From IMG/VR virus record IMGVR_UViG_3300030616_000016, positions 1 through 64,000 of that record: a stretch of DNA of 64,000 nt, one strand, 5' to 3'. A program made the position numbers and the translations under genes. The notes under the pieces were generated by a model. The model worked only from the letters and a program-made list of their open reading frames with translations. It was not told where the DNA came from and ran no database searches. Below are positions 27,499 through 36,006 of the stretch, in pieces (the stretch's first letter is position 1; every line of letters starts with the position of its first letter).

Positions 27499-27690
27499 CT
27501 AGTGCATAAGGGTTGCCACATTCACAGCAAGAATATATAGAAGGACAGTGATCTTTTGCAACACTGTTGCTCGTCTTTCCCACTCATCTTCAGTAGTATC
27601 GTCACCTTCCTCATATGTTCTTTCTCTATCCATAGCAAGATAGATAGCCTCGACTGAGGTCATTTCATCATTCAGGCATTTTAATATCAT
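27499..27690 (-). CDS. Hypothetical protein
   Basis: ATGA overlap with upstream gene. Confidence 0.45.
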   Translation of the reverse strand: MILKCLNDEMTSVEAIYLAMDRERTYEEGDDTTEDEWERRATVLQKITVLLYILAVNVATLMH

Positions 27691-27935
27691 CCAGAATGGA
27701 CTATGTAATACATTTTACAATTGTTGCATTGAGCGCTAGTTTCATAACTGCCAGTTATAAGTATTTCAAAGCTCAATCCACCACAATTACGACATTGTAG
27801 TCTTGTGAATGTATCTTCGTCTGTAAATTTATGACTCAAATTTGTGTCTGACCAGGTTAAATTTGCTCTTTTTACTAGGTCAGCGCTTTCATTGAAACAA
27901 CCGTCTAATTTTTCTACTCTTTCACTTGTTCCCAT
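27687..27935 (-). CDS. Zn-ribbon protein
   Basis: CRNC...CNNC. Confidence 0.55.
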   Translation of the reverse strand: MGTSERVEKLDGCFNESADLVKRANLTWSDTNLSHKFTDEDTFTRLQCRNCGGLSFEILITGSYETSAQCNNCKMYYIVHSG

Positions 27936-28438
27936 ACTTGTGACTCCTTTACCTCAGCATTTTGAACCTCGGATGTTTCTAGCATAATATCATCAAATTT
28001 ACATGTTACTTGTATTTTATTTACAAGATATGTAGTTTTGAATTTGCCGTTTTTTATTCTCACATCTGTGTTCCCATCTACAGATGTGAATATAATATCT
28101 GTTCTATAGTTATTTTCATTCTGCATACGAAGCTTAAGTTGTTTGCAAGTAAGACTATCTATCTCTATTTTCGTTTGATCGTCCATTATAATTAGTTTCA
28201 TCTTGATGTAATATTTATTATCATCGTCGTTGTAATCAAAGGATATGCTTTCAACACAATTCAGTTCCTTATCATCGGCAAATACTTGCATATCTAATCC
28301 ACTATAAGACTCTGGATAAGTAGTATGCTTTCGTGTAGCAATCTCTTGACATACAATATCATGTAATTTTTGAAGCTCTTCTAAACGACTTTTAGAAGAC
28401 TTTACAATGTGTAGTTTTTCTAATATCTTCATAAACAT
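27914..28438 (-). CDS. Hypothetical protein
   Basis: SD AGGAG. Confidence 0.55.
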   Translation of the reverse strand: MFMKILEKLHIVKSSKSRLEELQKLHDIVCQEIATRKHTTYPESYSGLDMQVFADDKELNCVESISFDYNDDDNKYYIKMKLIIMDDQTKIEIDSLTCKQLKLRMQNENNYRTDIIFTSVDGNTDVRIKNGKFKTTYLVNKIQVTCKFDDIMLETSEVQNAEVKESQVWEQVKE

Positions 28439-28594
28439 TTAAGTTCTCCTTAGTTGCAATATTTATTTTGATTTATCTTTCTTTTCAGAATCTTTCTTTG
28501 CCATTTCATAATGAGCCATTGAAGGAAATGAGGTAACAAGTTTTCCATTTACCATTAGAAGAGCTTCAAATAGACATATATTATAGATGAATAA

Positions 28595-28671
28595 TGGAGC
28601 CTCTGGCGTGGAATTGCACCCGCAACATCTGCTTTACAAGAGCAGCGCTCTACTATTGGAGCTACAGAGGC
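28595..28671 (-). tRNA. tRNA-Thr(TGT)
   Basis: CTGCT-CTTGTAA-AGCAG, CCA. Confidence 0.85.
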
Positions 28672-28675
28672 ATTT

Positions 28676-28882
28676 TTATGATTTTTTGTTGTTGTGGATA
28701 GTGACTCCGATATTCAAATCAGCATGACCTTTAATTCCGTGGCAGGATGGCGACTGCGAATATCCGGTGGTTTTCTTGAAGTCCAATCGGGGGTCAGTCA
28801 GAAGCTCAATTGCTTTTGCTCTCGCCTTTCGTACTTGTTCAAGATTATCTCCATCGATTTCTACTTTAAGATGATATTTCAT
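28676..28882 (-). CDS. Hypothetical protein
   Basis: SD GAGG. Confidence 0.5.
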   Translation of the reverse strand: MKYHLKVEIDGDNLEQVRKARAKAIELLTDPRLDFKKTTGYSQSPSCHGIKGHADLNIGVTIHNNKKS

Positions 28883-28902
28883 ATTGTTCCTCTAAAAAAT
28901 AA

Positions 28903-28980
28903 TGGTGGCGGGGGTGGGATTCGAACCCACGACTTTCAGCGTATGAAACTGACGAGCTGACCGGACTGCTCTACCCCGCT
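28903..28980 (-). tRNA. Initiator-like tRNA-Met(CAT)
   Basis: AGCGGGG/CCCCGCC 1:72 mismatch; TCAGT-TTCATAC-GCTGA. Confidence 0.85.
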
Positions 28981-28989
28981 ATGGTTATA

Positions 28990-29781
28990 CTATGTATATT
29001 TAGTTTCTGGTGATGCCCATCCAGCAAAATCAGAAATATCTTGCTTATCAAAATCATCTGAATAATGTATCAAGTACATCTTGTCTTTGATTGATTTATC
29101 AAGCATTTTCAAGTCTGCTAATGGAGCATGAACAGCACCAGGAAAGAACTGCACGTCGTGAAACATTATTTTTGACTTATGAGCATACATTTCAATAAGT
29201 TCTGGATCAAATCTTGTGTCACCAGATACAAATATTTTCTCATCAGGAAGATATATACCAAATGATATAAAGGAGCTTTCCCAGTCTGCAGATTGTTCAG
29301 GGATATGTTTGGTTCTGAATATCTCTATATTTATTCCTTGATATTCAACTTCGAATATCTCTCTAGGTTCATGTTGTTTCCATTTAGGTCTAATAACATC
29401 AAAGAAATCTTCAAAATTAAGTTTCTTCATCTGATCGTTTTCTTCATTGTATTCAAGACCACCGCGTAATGTATAATCCCAGAGAATTCTTTGGTAGTTT
29501 TGTTCAATAATCATCTTGAGTTTTGGTTTACCTAGAAACTCTTGGCCGACATATCTATTCATAAGAGCTAGCATTTCTATTCCACCAACATGATCTGCAT
29601 GAGAATGTGTTGGGAGAATACATTCTATATCTATCGGTTGGATTCCTTTATCGGCGATAGCTCTTGGGCCGGTCATGCCAAAATCTACAAAGACATCGCT
29701 TTTTGTACCATGAATGATAAAGTTAGTTTGGTGATTTTTTGCCGCGAAGGCTGATCCAACACCAAGGAATTCGATGCTCAT
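28990..29781 (-). CDS. Metallo-beta-lactamase-fold hydrolase (RNase Z-like)
   Basis: FLGVGSA, THSHADH, SGDT, VHA, HY motifs; located in the tRNA cluster. Confidence 0.8.
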   Translation of the reverse strand: MSIEFLGVGSAFAAKNHQTNFIIHGTKSDVFVDFGMTGPRAIADKGIQPIDIECILPTHSHADHVGGIEMLALMNRYVGQEFLGKPKLKMIIEQNYQRILWDYTLRGGLEYNEENDQMKKLNFEDFFDVIRPKWKQHEPREIFEVEYQGINIEIFRTKHIPEQSADWESSFISFGIYLPDEKIFVSGDTRFDPELIEMYAHKSKIMFHDVQFFPGAVHAPLADLKMLDKSIKDKMYLIHYSDDFDKQDISDFAGWASPETKYT

Positions 29782-29800
29782 ATATTGCTCCTTCGAATAA

Positions 29801-29887
29801 TGGTGGGGATAGGTAGAATCGAACTACCCTAAGTCAACGACTAACGGATTTACAATCCGCCGCACATCCATAGTGCAATATATCCCC
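29801..29887 (-). tRNA. tRNA-Tyr(GTA)
   Basis: GCGGA-TTGTAAA-TCCGT, variable arm, CCA. Confidence 0.85.
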
Positions 29888-29893
29888 ATTAAA

Positions 29894-30295
29894 TTACCAA
29901 TCTATATCAATTGCGTATTTGCCGGCCTCTATAAGACCTTTCTTATATAAATCGTTTGCAATTACATAAGTATCAGGATAGAAGTTTCTTTCCCAGAACA
30001 TATGTAATTCCCAGTCATATTTCTGGCCCTCAATAGGTTGTTCTGGATCGCGTTCAAGCCATGTTTTTAGCTTTACGCCCATGATTTCGCCATTGACTTT
30101 TTCTGGTATAGAATCATTCATTGCTTTATCATTTGCTTCATTGGATGGAATATCTAAATAAAATATGCTGCGTTCTCTACAACCTGCTTGTTGCTGGAAT
30201 GAATATACACGTTTATATGTATCCATAACCAGTTTGTCCCAGTCATTAACATCAATGATTTGTATAGATTTGGTCTTAATCATTTCTTTCTCCAA
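29894..30295 (-). CDS. Hypothetical phage protein
   Basis: ORF. Confidence 0.6.
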   Translation of the reverse strand: MEKEMIKTKSIQIIDVNDWDKLVMDTYKRVYSFQQQAGCRERSIFYLDIPSNEANDKAMNDSIPEKVNGEIMGVKLKTWLERDPEQPIEGQKYDWELHMFWERNFYPDTYVIANDLYKKGLIEAGKYAIDIDW

Positions 30296-30311
30296 TCGAT
30301 TTTCAGAATAT

Positions 30312-30387
30312 TGGCTACCCGAGAAGGACTTGAACCTTCAACATGCAGTTCCAGAGACTGCCGCTCTACCAATTGAGCTATCGGGTA
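30312..30387 (-). tRNA. tRNA-Gln(CTG)
   Basis: GCAGT-CTCTGGA-ACTGC, CCA. Confidence 0.9.
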
Positions 30388-30394
30388 AAAATAA

Positions 30395-30469
30395 TGGCTC
30401 CGGCGGTTGGGATCGAACCAACGACAAACTGGTTAACAGCCAGCCACTCTACCGCTGAGCTACACCGGA
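30395..30469 (-). tRNA. tRNA-Asn(GTT)
   Basis: GCTGG-CTGTTAA-CCAGT, CCA. Confidence 0.9.
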
Positions 30470-30475
30470 ATGATT

Positions 30476-30895
30476 TTATAATGGTTTTTTGGGACAGTCA
30501 TGCAAATTGTCTTCATCAAACAATCTCCATTTATCATTGATCTGTTTCCATGTAAGATTCTTTTTACCACAACATCTACAGGTCACAGCTGCGCTTTCTT
30601 TTGGATTGCTTCTGCGTCTTGGTTTACGCGACGTATTTCCAACACAATTATGTAGTATCCCCTGATCGAATAGCCTCCATCCATTTTCGGTTTCTCCCCA
30701 TTCGAGGCCGCCTTTACCACAATATCTACATTTGTGGGTTGAAGGGGCTTTAGCACTAAACTCGTACCCTTGGTAATCTATAATGCCTTTTTCGATAGCT
30801 GTTTCAATACCCATATGTCCCATTCTATAGTCTAGAACACTTTCTTCGAAATCCATTACAGTGTCTAGTGTAAAATCTGCCATGTCTCCCATCAT
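30476..30895 (-). CDS. Protein with a duplicated CxxCG..W..WRLFD..HxC Zn module
   Basis: Two internal repeats; SD AGGAG. Confidence 0.6.
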   Translation of the reverse strand: MMGDMADFTLDTVMDFEESVLDYRMGHMGIETAIEKGIIDYQGYEFSAKAPSTHKCRYCGKGGLEWGETENGWRLFDQGILHNCVGNTSRKPRRRSNPKESAAVTCRCCGKKNLTWKQINDKWRLFDEDNLHDCPKKPL

Positions 30896-30917
30896 TTTAC
30901 TCCTAAAATATTATAAA

Positions 30918-30999
30918 ACTTGCGAGTGGGAATTGAACCTGCTTGTCATTTGACAGAGAAACTCCGGAGTCGCTCCAGCCCACCAGGGCTAACCGCAAG
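30918..30999 (-). ncRNA. Atypical tRNA-like RNA with a tRNA-Sec-style D arm
   Basis: CTTGCG/CGCAAG acceptor, AGCCC-TGGT-GGGCT, variable arm, GGTTCAATTCC; no canonical anticodon loop. Confidence 0.6.
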
Positions 31000-31211
31000 A
31001 TTTATTTTAATCGATACTCTCTTCATAGATTTCAGGTATAATGGTTATGCTATCCCTCTCCCAATCTACACGTGGCTCTACTCTCTCGATATACTTTGCA
31101 ATTCTATCGAGAGTTATTGGTGATTTACTCTTGTATTTCATCACATGTGGTTCTGTATTATTAAACTGGACTAATATTATACATGAATGCATGTTTCGCT
31201 CCTTGGTATAT

Positions 31212-31286
31212 TGGCTACCCTGCATGGACTCGAACCATGGTACTCAGCTCCAAAGGCTGATGTCCTACCAACTGGACGACAGGGTA
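31212..31286 (-). tRNA. tRNA-Gln(TTG)
   Basis: TCAGC-CTTTGGA-GCTGA, CCA. Confidence 0.9.
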
Positions 31287-31289
31287 ATA

Positions 31290-31383
31290 TGGCAGTGGGT
31301 GTGGGATTCGAACCCACGGAACCTCTTCCAAGGCCCGCTTGTTTTCAAGACAAGTGCGATCAACCGGACTCTGCCAACCCACT
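31290..31383 (-). tRNA. tRNA-Ser(TGA)
   Basis: CTTGT-CTTGAAA-ACAAG, long variable arm, CCA. Confidence 0.9.
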
Positions 31384-31398
31384 AATAATTTAGAATAT

Positions 31399-31490
31399 TG
31401 GCGGAACGGAGAGGATTTGAACCTCTGGTGCGACGGATGCCGCACGATGATTTAGCAAACCATTGCTTTAAGCCACTCAGCCACCGTTCC
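31399..31490 (-). tRNA. tRNA-Ser(GCT)
   Basis: ATGGT-TTGCTAA-ATCAT, long variable arm, CCA. Confidence 0.9.
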
Positions 31491-31492
31491 TT

Positions 31493-31915
31493 TTATCCAA
31501 CTAAAAGATATACTTTACTGGGTCCAAATGTATTGTATATATCATCTAGTTTTTGTTTTGATATCATAGAAGATATGTCAATTATTACAACATTAATTGA
31601 ACATCCAGCTCTTTCTTTATATGTATCCCATGTTTCTACAAATTTACCATATTTAATGCTAATTTTACTAGATATATTGGGAACTATTGTAATTGTATTT
31701 AGCCAACCTCTTCTTCCTAGTTCATTAGCGATAGTAGAATTACCACATCTTCTAGGTAATCTAACAGAAACAGTGCAAAGCTCTTTACAAGCTGCAAGTG
31801 GTGAAAATTTCTCAATCAATTCAGCTACTTCTTTGCTTGCGTTTCTTTCTAGAGTTTCTTCAACTAAAGTTACTGCAAATTCTTTAGCAGCATTTGATAA
31901 TTTATAATTATCCAT
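31493..31915 (-). CDS. Hypothetical protein with a degenerate P-loop (PRRCGNS)
   Basis: SD AGGAGG. Confidence 0.55.
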   Translation of the reverse strand: MDNYKLSNAAKEFAVTLVEETLERNASKEVAELIEKFSPLAACKELCTVSVRLPRRCGNSTIANELGRRGWLNTITIVPNISSKISIKYGKFVETWDTYKERAGCSINVVIIDISSMISKQKLDDIYNTFGPSKVYLLVG

Positions 31916-31962
31916 GAGACGTCCTCCTAGGCTTACTAGCCTTAAAAATTAAAGTGGAATAA

Positions 31963-32038
31963 TGGTGGAGGTGATCGGGATCGAACCGACGACCTCTTGC
32001 TTGCAAAGCAGGCGCTCTCCCAGCTGAGCTACACCCCC
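31963..32038 (-). tRNA. tRNA-Ala(TGC)
   Basis: GGGGGTG acceptor with G3:U70, TTTGCAA loop, CCA. Confidence 0.92.
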
Positions 32039-32289
32039 ACACTGAATATAATTAGTTCCTTTTCCATCTTTTGGCCACTCAGGGCTTGTCTTGTTAATAA
32101 ACTTATGAAAGTCGAGAATCTTACCATTATCGATAACTAATAGTTTATTACAAGATGGACAGTCTACCGTAGCGCCTTCGGCCTCTTTGATGGAATTACA
32201 GTTGACATCAAATTCAGAATTGCATTCTACACAAACCAACTTAATCATGGTATTACTCCTGAATAATGGTCTCATTATTGAATAATAAA

Positions 32290-32373
32290 TCGGGACGGGA
32301 GGATTTGAACCTCCGAGGGCATTAATGCCACCTGGTCCCAAACATAGCGTTATAGCAGATTTAGCTATAGACC
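32290..32373 (-). pseudogene. Damaged tRNA(TGG) with an intact 3' half (long variable arm) and a diverged 5' half
   Basis: TTTGGGA-CCAGG...GGTTCAAATCC-CGTCCCGA; 5' strand does not pair. Confidence 0.7.
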
Positions 32374-32874
32374 AATATTTTTAATTTGTCCATTATGAAA
32401 TGCGGCATGACAATTTTTACACAATACAGTGCATTTTTTAAGCTCAGACTCTAATCTCTTCCATGACCAATATCTCATTGTTTTAAATGATTGGTCCTTA
32501 ACATTAGGGTCTATATGGTGAATATCCAAAGAGCAAATGAATTTATTGAATCCACAATGCATGCACTTCCCGCCTAAAAACTCCACTGCCTTTTGTCTTG
32601 TTTCTTTTGCCTTTTTGTTATTATACGCATTCTGACATTTGCCGCAAATACTCTTTTTATGTCCATAAAACTTTTTGGGATCCGTCTCTCCACAAGAACA
32701 TTTCCTTATAGTGGCCATATCTTTTGGGAGTTTTCCTTTTGGTCCACGCCTAGTTTTCAATCCAAATTTTTTCAACCAATATCTAACACAGTCCTGAGAT
32801 ACTGACAATTTGTCTGATATCTGGCGTAAGCTCAAACCTTCTTCTATTAATTTATTTAAAATATTCTGTTCCAT
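32365..32874 (-). CDS. HTH-HNH endonuclease
   Basis: N-terminal HTH; GGKCMHCG...LDIHH...KCTVLCKNCH. Confidence 0.85.
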   Translation of the reverse strand: MEQNILNKLIEEGLSLRQISDKLSVSQDCVRYWLKKFGLKTRRGPKGKLPKDMATIRKCSCGETDPKKFYGHKKSICGKCQNAYNNKKAKETRQKAVEFLGGKCMHCGFNKFICSLDIHHIDPNVKDQSFKTMRYWSWKRLESELKKCTVLCKNCHAAFHNGQIKNIGL

Positions 32875-32881
32875 GTAGAGT

Positions 32882-32909
32882 ATTATAACACAGGTTTAAA
32901 AAATGTCAA
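32882..32909 (-). promoter_or_regulatory. sigma70-like promoter TTGACA-N16-TATAAT (likely leaderless HNH mRNA)
   Basis: Perfect hexamers; ATG 7 nt after the -10. Confidence 0.75.
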
Positions 32910-33044
32910 TTTAAGATATCTGCATCTCTATTATTATTTCAAATTACGGTGCGAATCAATGGGCTTTAACCATCGGTCTTTGGCGCTAGTCATAAAGTAT
33001 GCACCAATATTCTTCTAGGTAGGACTAATTCCATACTGAATAAA

Positions 33045-33122
33045 TGGTCCGGGTAGCTGGATTCGGACCAGCGGTTTCCACGCCCCAAACGTGGCGGGAT
33101 GACCAAGCTTCCCCATACCCGG
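33045..33122 (-). tRNA. tRNA-Pro(TGG)
   Basis: CCACG-TTTGGGG-CGTGG, CCA. Confidence 0.85.
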
Positions 33123-33133
33123 ACAGAATTTAA

Positions 33134-33211
33134 TGGCGGGACCAACGAGAGTCGCACTCGCTTCACTCCACCTTGACAGGGTGGCGGCTCCACTACTTTG
33201 CCCTTGGCCCC
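33134..33211 (-). tRNA. tRNA-Asp(GTC)
   Basis: CCACC-CTGTCAA-GGTGG, CCA. Confidence 0.85.
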
Positions 33212-33238
33212 ATGGATATTGGTAGTTCTTATCTAACA

Positions 33239-33667
33239 TTACGATTTTATTGCCATAAATATTATTGCTATGATAGTCACTATTTGGACTATTCCAAATA
33301 CAGGCCAAAATCTTTTTGTATGTTTATCTAATACTTCTTTATGTTTACTATAATAATTTTTATCGCAACATAGCTGGACACTTTTTATATAGCTTGCAGG
33401 ATATTTGGTGTTTGTACTATAATCACTAAATCCTTCTCTTGCTATTTCAGCAGTATCTAGTTGTGATATAAATGAATTTTCGGCAGGGGTATCAATCTTT
33501 TTGCCATCTATCAGTGTAACTCTAATAAAAGATTCATCTTCACGTTCGATCTCATCTTGTGCTTTAGTATATAGAATTGCAGCTGTTACAGCGGCACAGA
33601 AACCAAAGTCAAATAACAAAAATATAAATGTTACTGCGATATTATAAGTCATTTTACTTCCTTCCAA
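33239..33667 (-). CDS. Membrane protein (2 TM)
   Basis: Hydrophobic N- and C-terminal segments. Confidence 0.55.
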   Translation of the reverse strand: MEGSKMTYNIAVTFIFLLFDFGFCAAVTAAILYTKAQDEIEREDESFIRVTLIDGKKIDTPAENSFISQLDTAEIAREGFSDYSTNTKYPASYIKSVQLCCDKNYYSKHKEVLDKHTKRFWPVFGIVQIVTIIAIIFMAIKS

Positions 33668-33685
33668 TACATGAACAAATAAAGA

Positions 33686-33949
33686 TCATTCTACGAAACT
33701 ACCTATTATCATACATGCAATCCACATAACCTGTATTCCACAGAACAATCCATTAATTACAATACCCGCAATGGATAATCCGTGCTGTTTCCAATTTGTT
33801 TGTATTAGACCAAGTATTAAGCCTAAAACAGGTAAAGGCGCTCCTAGTAATGGGATCCATCCAAAAAATATACACATACATCCAAGAACAAATGATGCTA
33901 TACCTAAACCAAAATTTCCTGTGCGCTTTGCTTCCATGATTTTCTCCAA
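33686..33949 (-). CDS. Small membrane protein (DUF4190-like)
   Basis: GIASFVLG...GLILG...AGIVI. Confidence 0.6.
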   Translation of the reverse strand: MEKIMEAKRTGNFGLGIASFVLGCMCIFFGWIPLLGAPLPVLGLILGLIQTNWKQHGLSIAGIVINGLFCGIQVMWIACMIIGSFVE

Positions 33950-33997
33950 ATTAAGTTTGTTTATGACAACCTGTTTAATTATATTTTGAATTTCAAT

Positions 33998-34675
33998 TCA
34001 AAAACGTATAGAAGATTTACTATTTACACTTTGATGATTCTTAAATGTTCTATAAGTTATAATTATCTGTAATCCATAATCTCCTTGATAGAGATATGTA
34101 TCTTCATCTTCTATAGATATATAATGATAGCCCCATTCGCCTAATATATTAGCTACCTGTTTTCTGGACATGCCTCTCGTAATTTTGTTATATCCTATCA
34201 TAGTGACGCCAACATTATTAGGATATAGTCGTTGTTTCATTTCATATCTTTTTTGATACCATGATTTGTTTCTTTCTTTCTCTTTCTCTTTTCTTCTTTC
34301 TTCAGCTTTTCTAGCTGCTTCTTCTTTTTCTAATAGCAAGGCTATCTTTTTACTTTGAATTTCTTGAATCTTATCTTTATATTTTTTACCTAATCCAGTT
34401 TTATAAAATGTATTTTTTGTTTCTGTAAATAATGATTTCCATGCTGGTGCTAATGTATCAGAATTTATTAATCTGTCTATTCTTAATATAATCAGATGTG
34501 CTTGATTTATGTCGTCGGCAGATTCAAGACTGTCTGATAGTGATTGTAAGGCTACTGGAGAAAGTGCAGTTTCGGGACCATCATTAGTATGAGCACATAG
34601 TATTAATAATATTACAAAACCAGTTATTGCAATTAATGATACAGTTATAAGCAGTTTTTTATATCTTTCTTCCAT
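33998..34675 (-). CDS. Membrane-anchored protein with a SmpA/BLIP-like C-terminal domain
   Basis: N-terminal TM; YNKITRGMSRKQVANILG. Confidence 0.55.
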   Translation of the reverse strand: MEERYKKLLITVSLIAITGFVILLILCAHTNDGPETALSPVALQSLSDSLESADDINQAHLIILRIDRLINSDTLAPAWKSLFTETKNTFYKTGLGKKYKDKIQEIQSKKIALLLEKEEAARKAEERRKEKEKERNKSWYQKRYEMKQRLYPNNVGVTMIGYNKITRGMSRKQVANILGEWGYHYISIEDEDTYLYQGDYGLQIIITYRTFKNHQSVNSKSSIRF

Positions 34676-34755
34676 AACGATAAAAATTCTCCTTCATATT
34701 TATCGAACTTATAAAGTATTGTTTTGTTAACAAATAGACGTTAGTTTGATATAAA

Positions 34756-34826
34756 TACCCCTTGATGGAATCGAACCACCGCTCAGTGGATGTAAGCCAC
34801 CAGCCCTGCCATTAGGCTAAAGGGGT
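34756..34826 (-). tRNA. tRNA-Val(TAC)
   Basis: GGTGG-CTTACAT-CCACT. Confidence 0.85.
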
Positions 34827-35177
34827 CTTGGATTATATTCTGTTAATTTTGTCATATGGTCAAATGTAAAAGTAAAATGTAGGTCTTCTACCTTGAAAAT
34901 TGATTTCACTCCGTATATAATCCTTTTATATAACTGACTTAAACCGTCTGCACAAAATATTTCTATTTTGTATATAGAATCCATATTTATCATTTCTTCA
35001 TTTAGAAATAACAATAGAAACATTCCTGTTTTTTGTTTCAGGGTAAGCTGATAAGGCTTGTAATTCTTGCATTTGATTGACGCCTGATTGTGTTATTTCT
35101 GAGGATATTGCAAACATATCGCAGCCGCCAAACTCGTTTATATGTACCGCTTCTGTCTCAATTTCCATTATACTTTC

Positions 35178-35528
35178 CTACAAATTAAATGATATATTGT
35201 TTGTTACAGCATCAAAGATAAATTCACAGACAGTTCCAGTTTCTTTAGTTTCAATATCAGTTATTTTGACACCGATAATATATCTTATATGAGCTAAAGG
35301 ATAGCTATTTGTTACTACTCTAAATAGACATATCATATACATTTTCTTTATATCTTCTATGTCTTCGTTATAACTAGATAATATAAATCTGCCTGTTTTT
35401 GTTTTGGTATTTGCATTAATAGCATATATCATTTGTGTCTTAGGATATCCACCTGCATAATCTTCATGTGTAATACCAAATATATCTGTGTTTTGATAAC
35501 CTGTTACTTTTAGTTCTTCTTTGTCCAT
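35178..35528 (-). CDS. Hypothetical protein
   Basis: SD AAGGA before MDKEELK. Confidence 0.5.
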   Translation of the reverse strand: MDKEELKVTGYQNTDIFGITHEDYAGGYPKTQMIYAINANTKTKTGRFILSSYNEDIEDIKKMYMICLFRVVTNSYPLAHIRYIIGVKITDIETKETGTVCEFIFDAVTNNISFNL

Positions 35529-35549
35529 GATTATCCTTAAGTAAATAAA

Positions 35550-35625
35550 TGGTGACCCCACGGGGAATCGAACCCCGATCCACAGACTGAAAATCTGTTA
35601 TGCTCAACCGTTACACCATGGGGCC
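35550..35625 (-). tRNA. tRNA-Glu(TTC), first tRNA of the cluster
   Basis: ACAGA-TTTTCAG-TCTGT, CCA. Confidence 0.9.
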
Positions 35626-35698
35626 ACATTGAATAAGATACACTGCCTGACTATTGCTGGCCAGGCAGTGTTTGGTTGCCATTATTCTAGATATATAA

Positions 35699-35710
35699 TT
35701 TTCAAAGATC
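35699..35710 (-). promoter_or_regulatory. rrn-type boxA-like antitermination element GATCTTTGAAAA
   Basis: Resembles rRNA-leader boxA; lies between the attenuator and the first tRNA. Confidence 0.55.
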
Positions 35711-35785
35711 TACATTACCCATATTCTACAGAGTAATGATTGCTACAATAATTGCAATATACGTGTTCTCACGGGCACGATATTC

Positions 35786-35821
35786 AAATAAAAAACCCGC
35801 AGGTTTTTAGGTCTGCGGGTT
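35786..35821 (-). terminator. Intrinsic terminator (attenuator) of the tRNA operon leader
   Basis: AACCCGCAG-10 nt-CTGCGGGTT-TTTTATTT. Confidence 0.85.
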
Positions 35822-35850
35822 AGATGTTTTTTATTTCTGTGTTGCTTACC

Positions 35851-35970
35851 CTAACCCGCTCCGCTCCAATCGACCATTGTTCGATATGATCCACTAATGG
35901 ATATACCGGTGGCCGGCAGGCAATCTGCCTGTTCGAACGTATTAATGGGTTGTTTATGTAAGCTAAGCAT
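35851..35970 (-). CDS. 39-aa leader peptide MLSLHKQPINTFEQADCLPATGISISGSYRTMVDWSGAG
   Basis: GGAG upstream, ATG..TAG; all 20 amino acids; its 3' end is complementary to the terminator 5' arm. Confidence 0.75.
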   Translation of the reverse strand: MLSLHKQPINTFEQADCLPATGISISGSYRTMVDWSGAG

Positions 35971-36006
35971 TTGAATTCTATAACTCCATAATTAGGTTAT
36001 AGCATA

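Noticed and set aside
31398-31907. Plus-strand ORFs antisense to tRNAs and genes in the cluster
   Set aside because: Shadow ORFs of minus-strand features
32947-33006. Twister-like or tRNA-like element (GGTTAAAGCCC)
   Set aside because: Loop is one base short of the twister pattern and the flanking pairings are missing; too short for a tRNA; at most a decayed remnant
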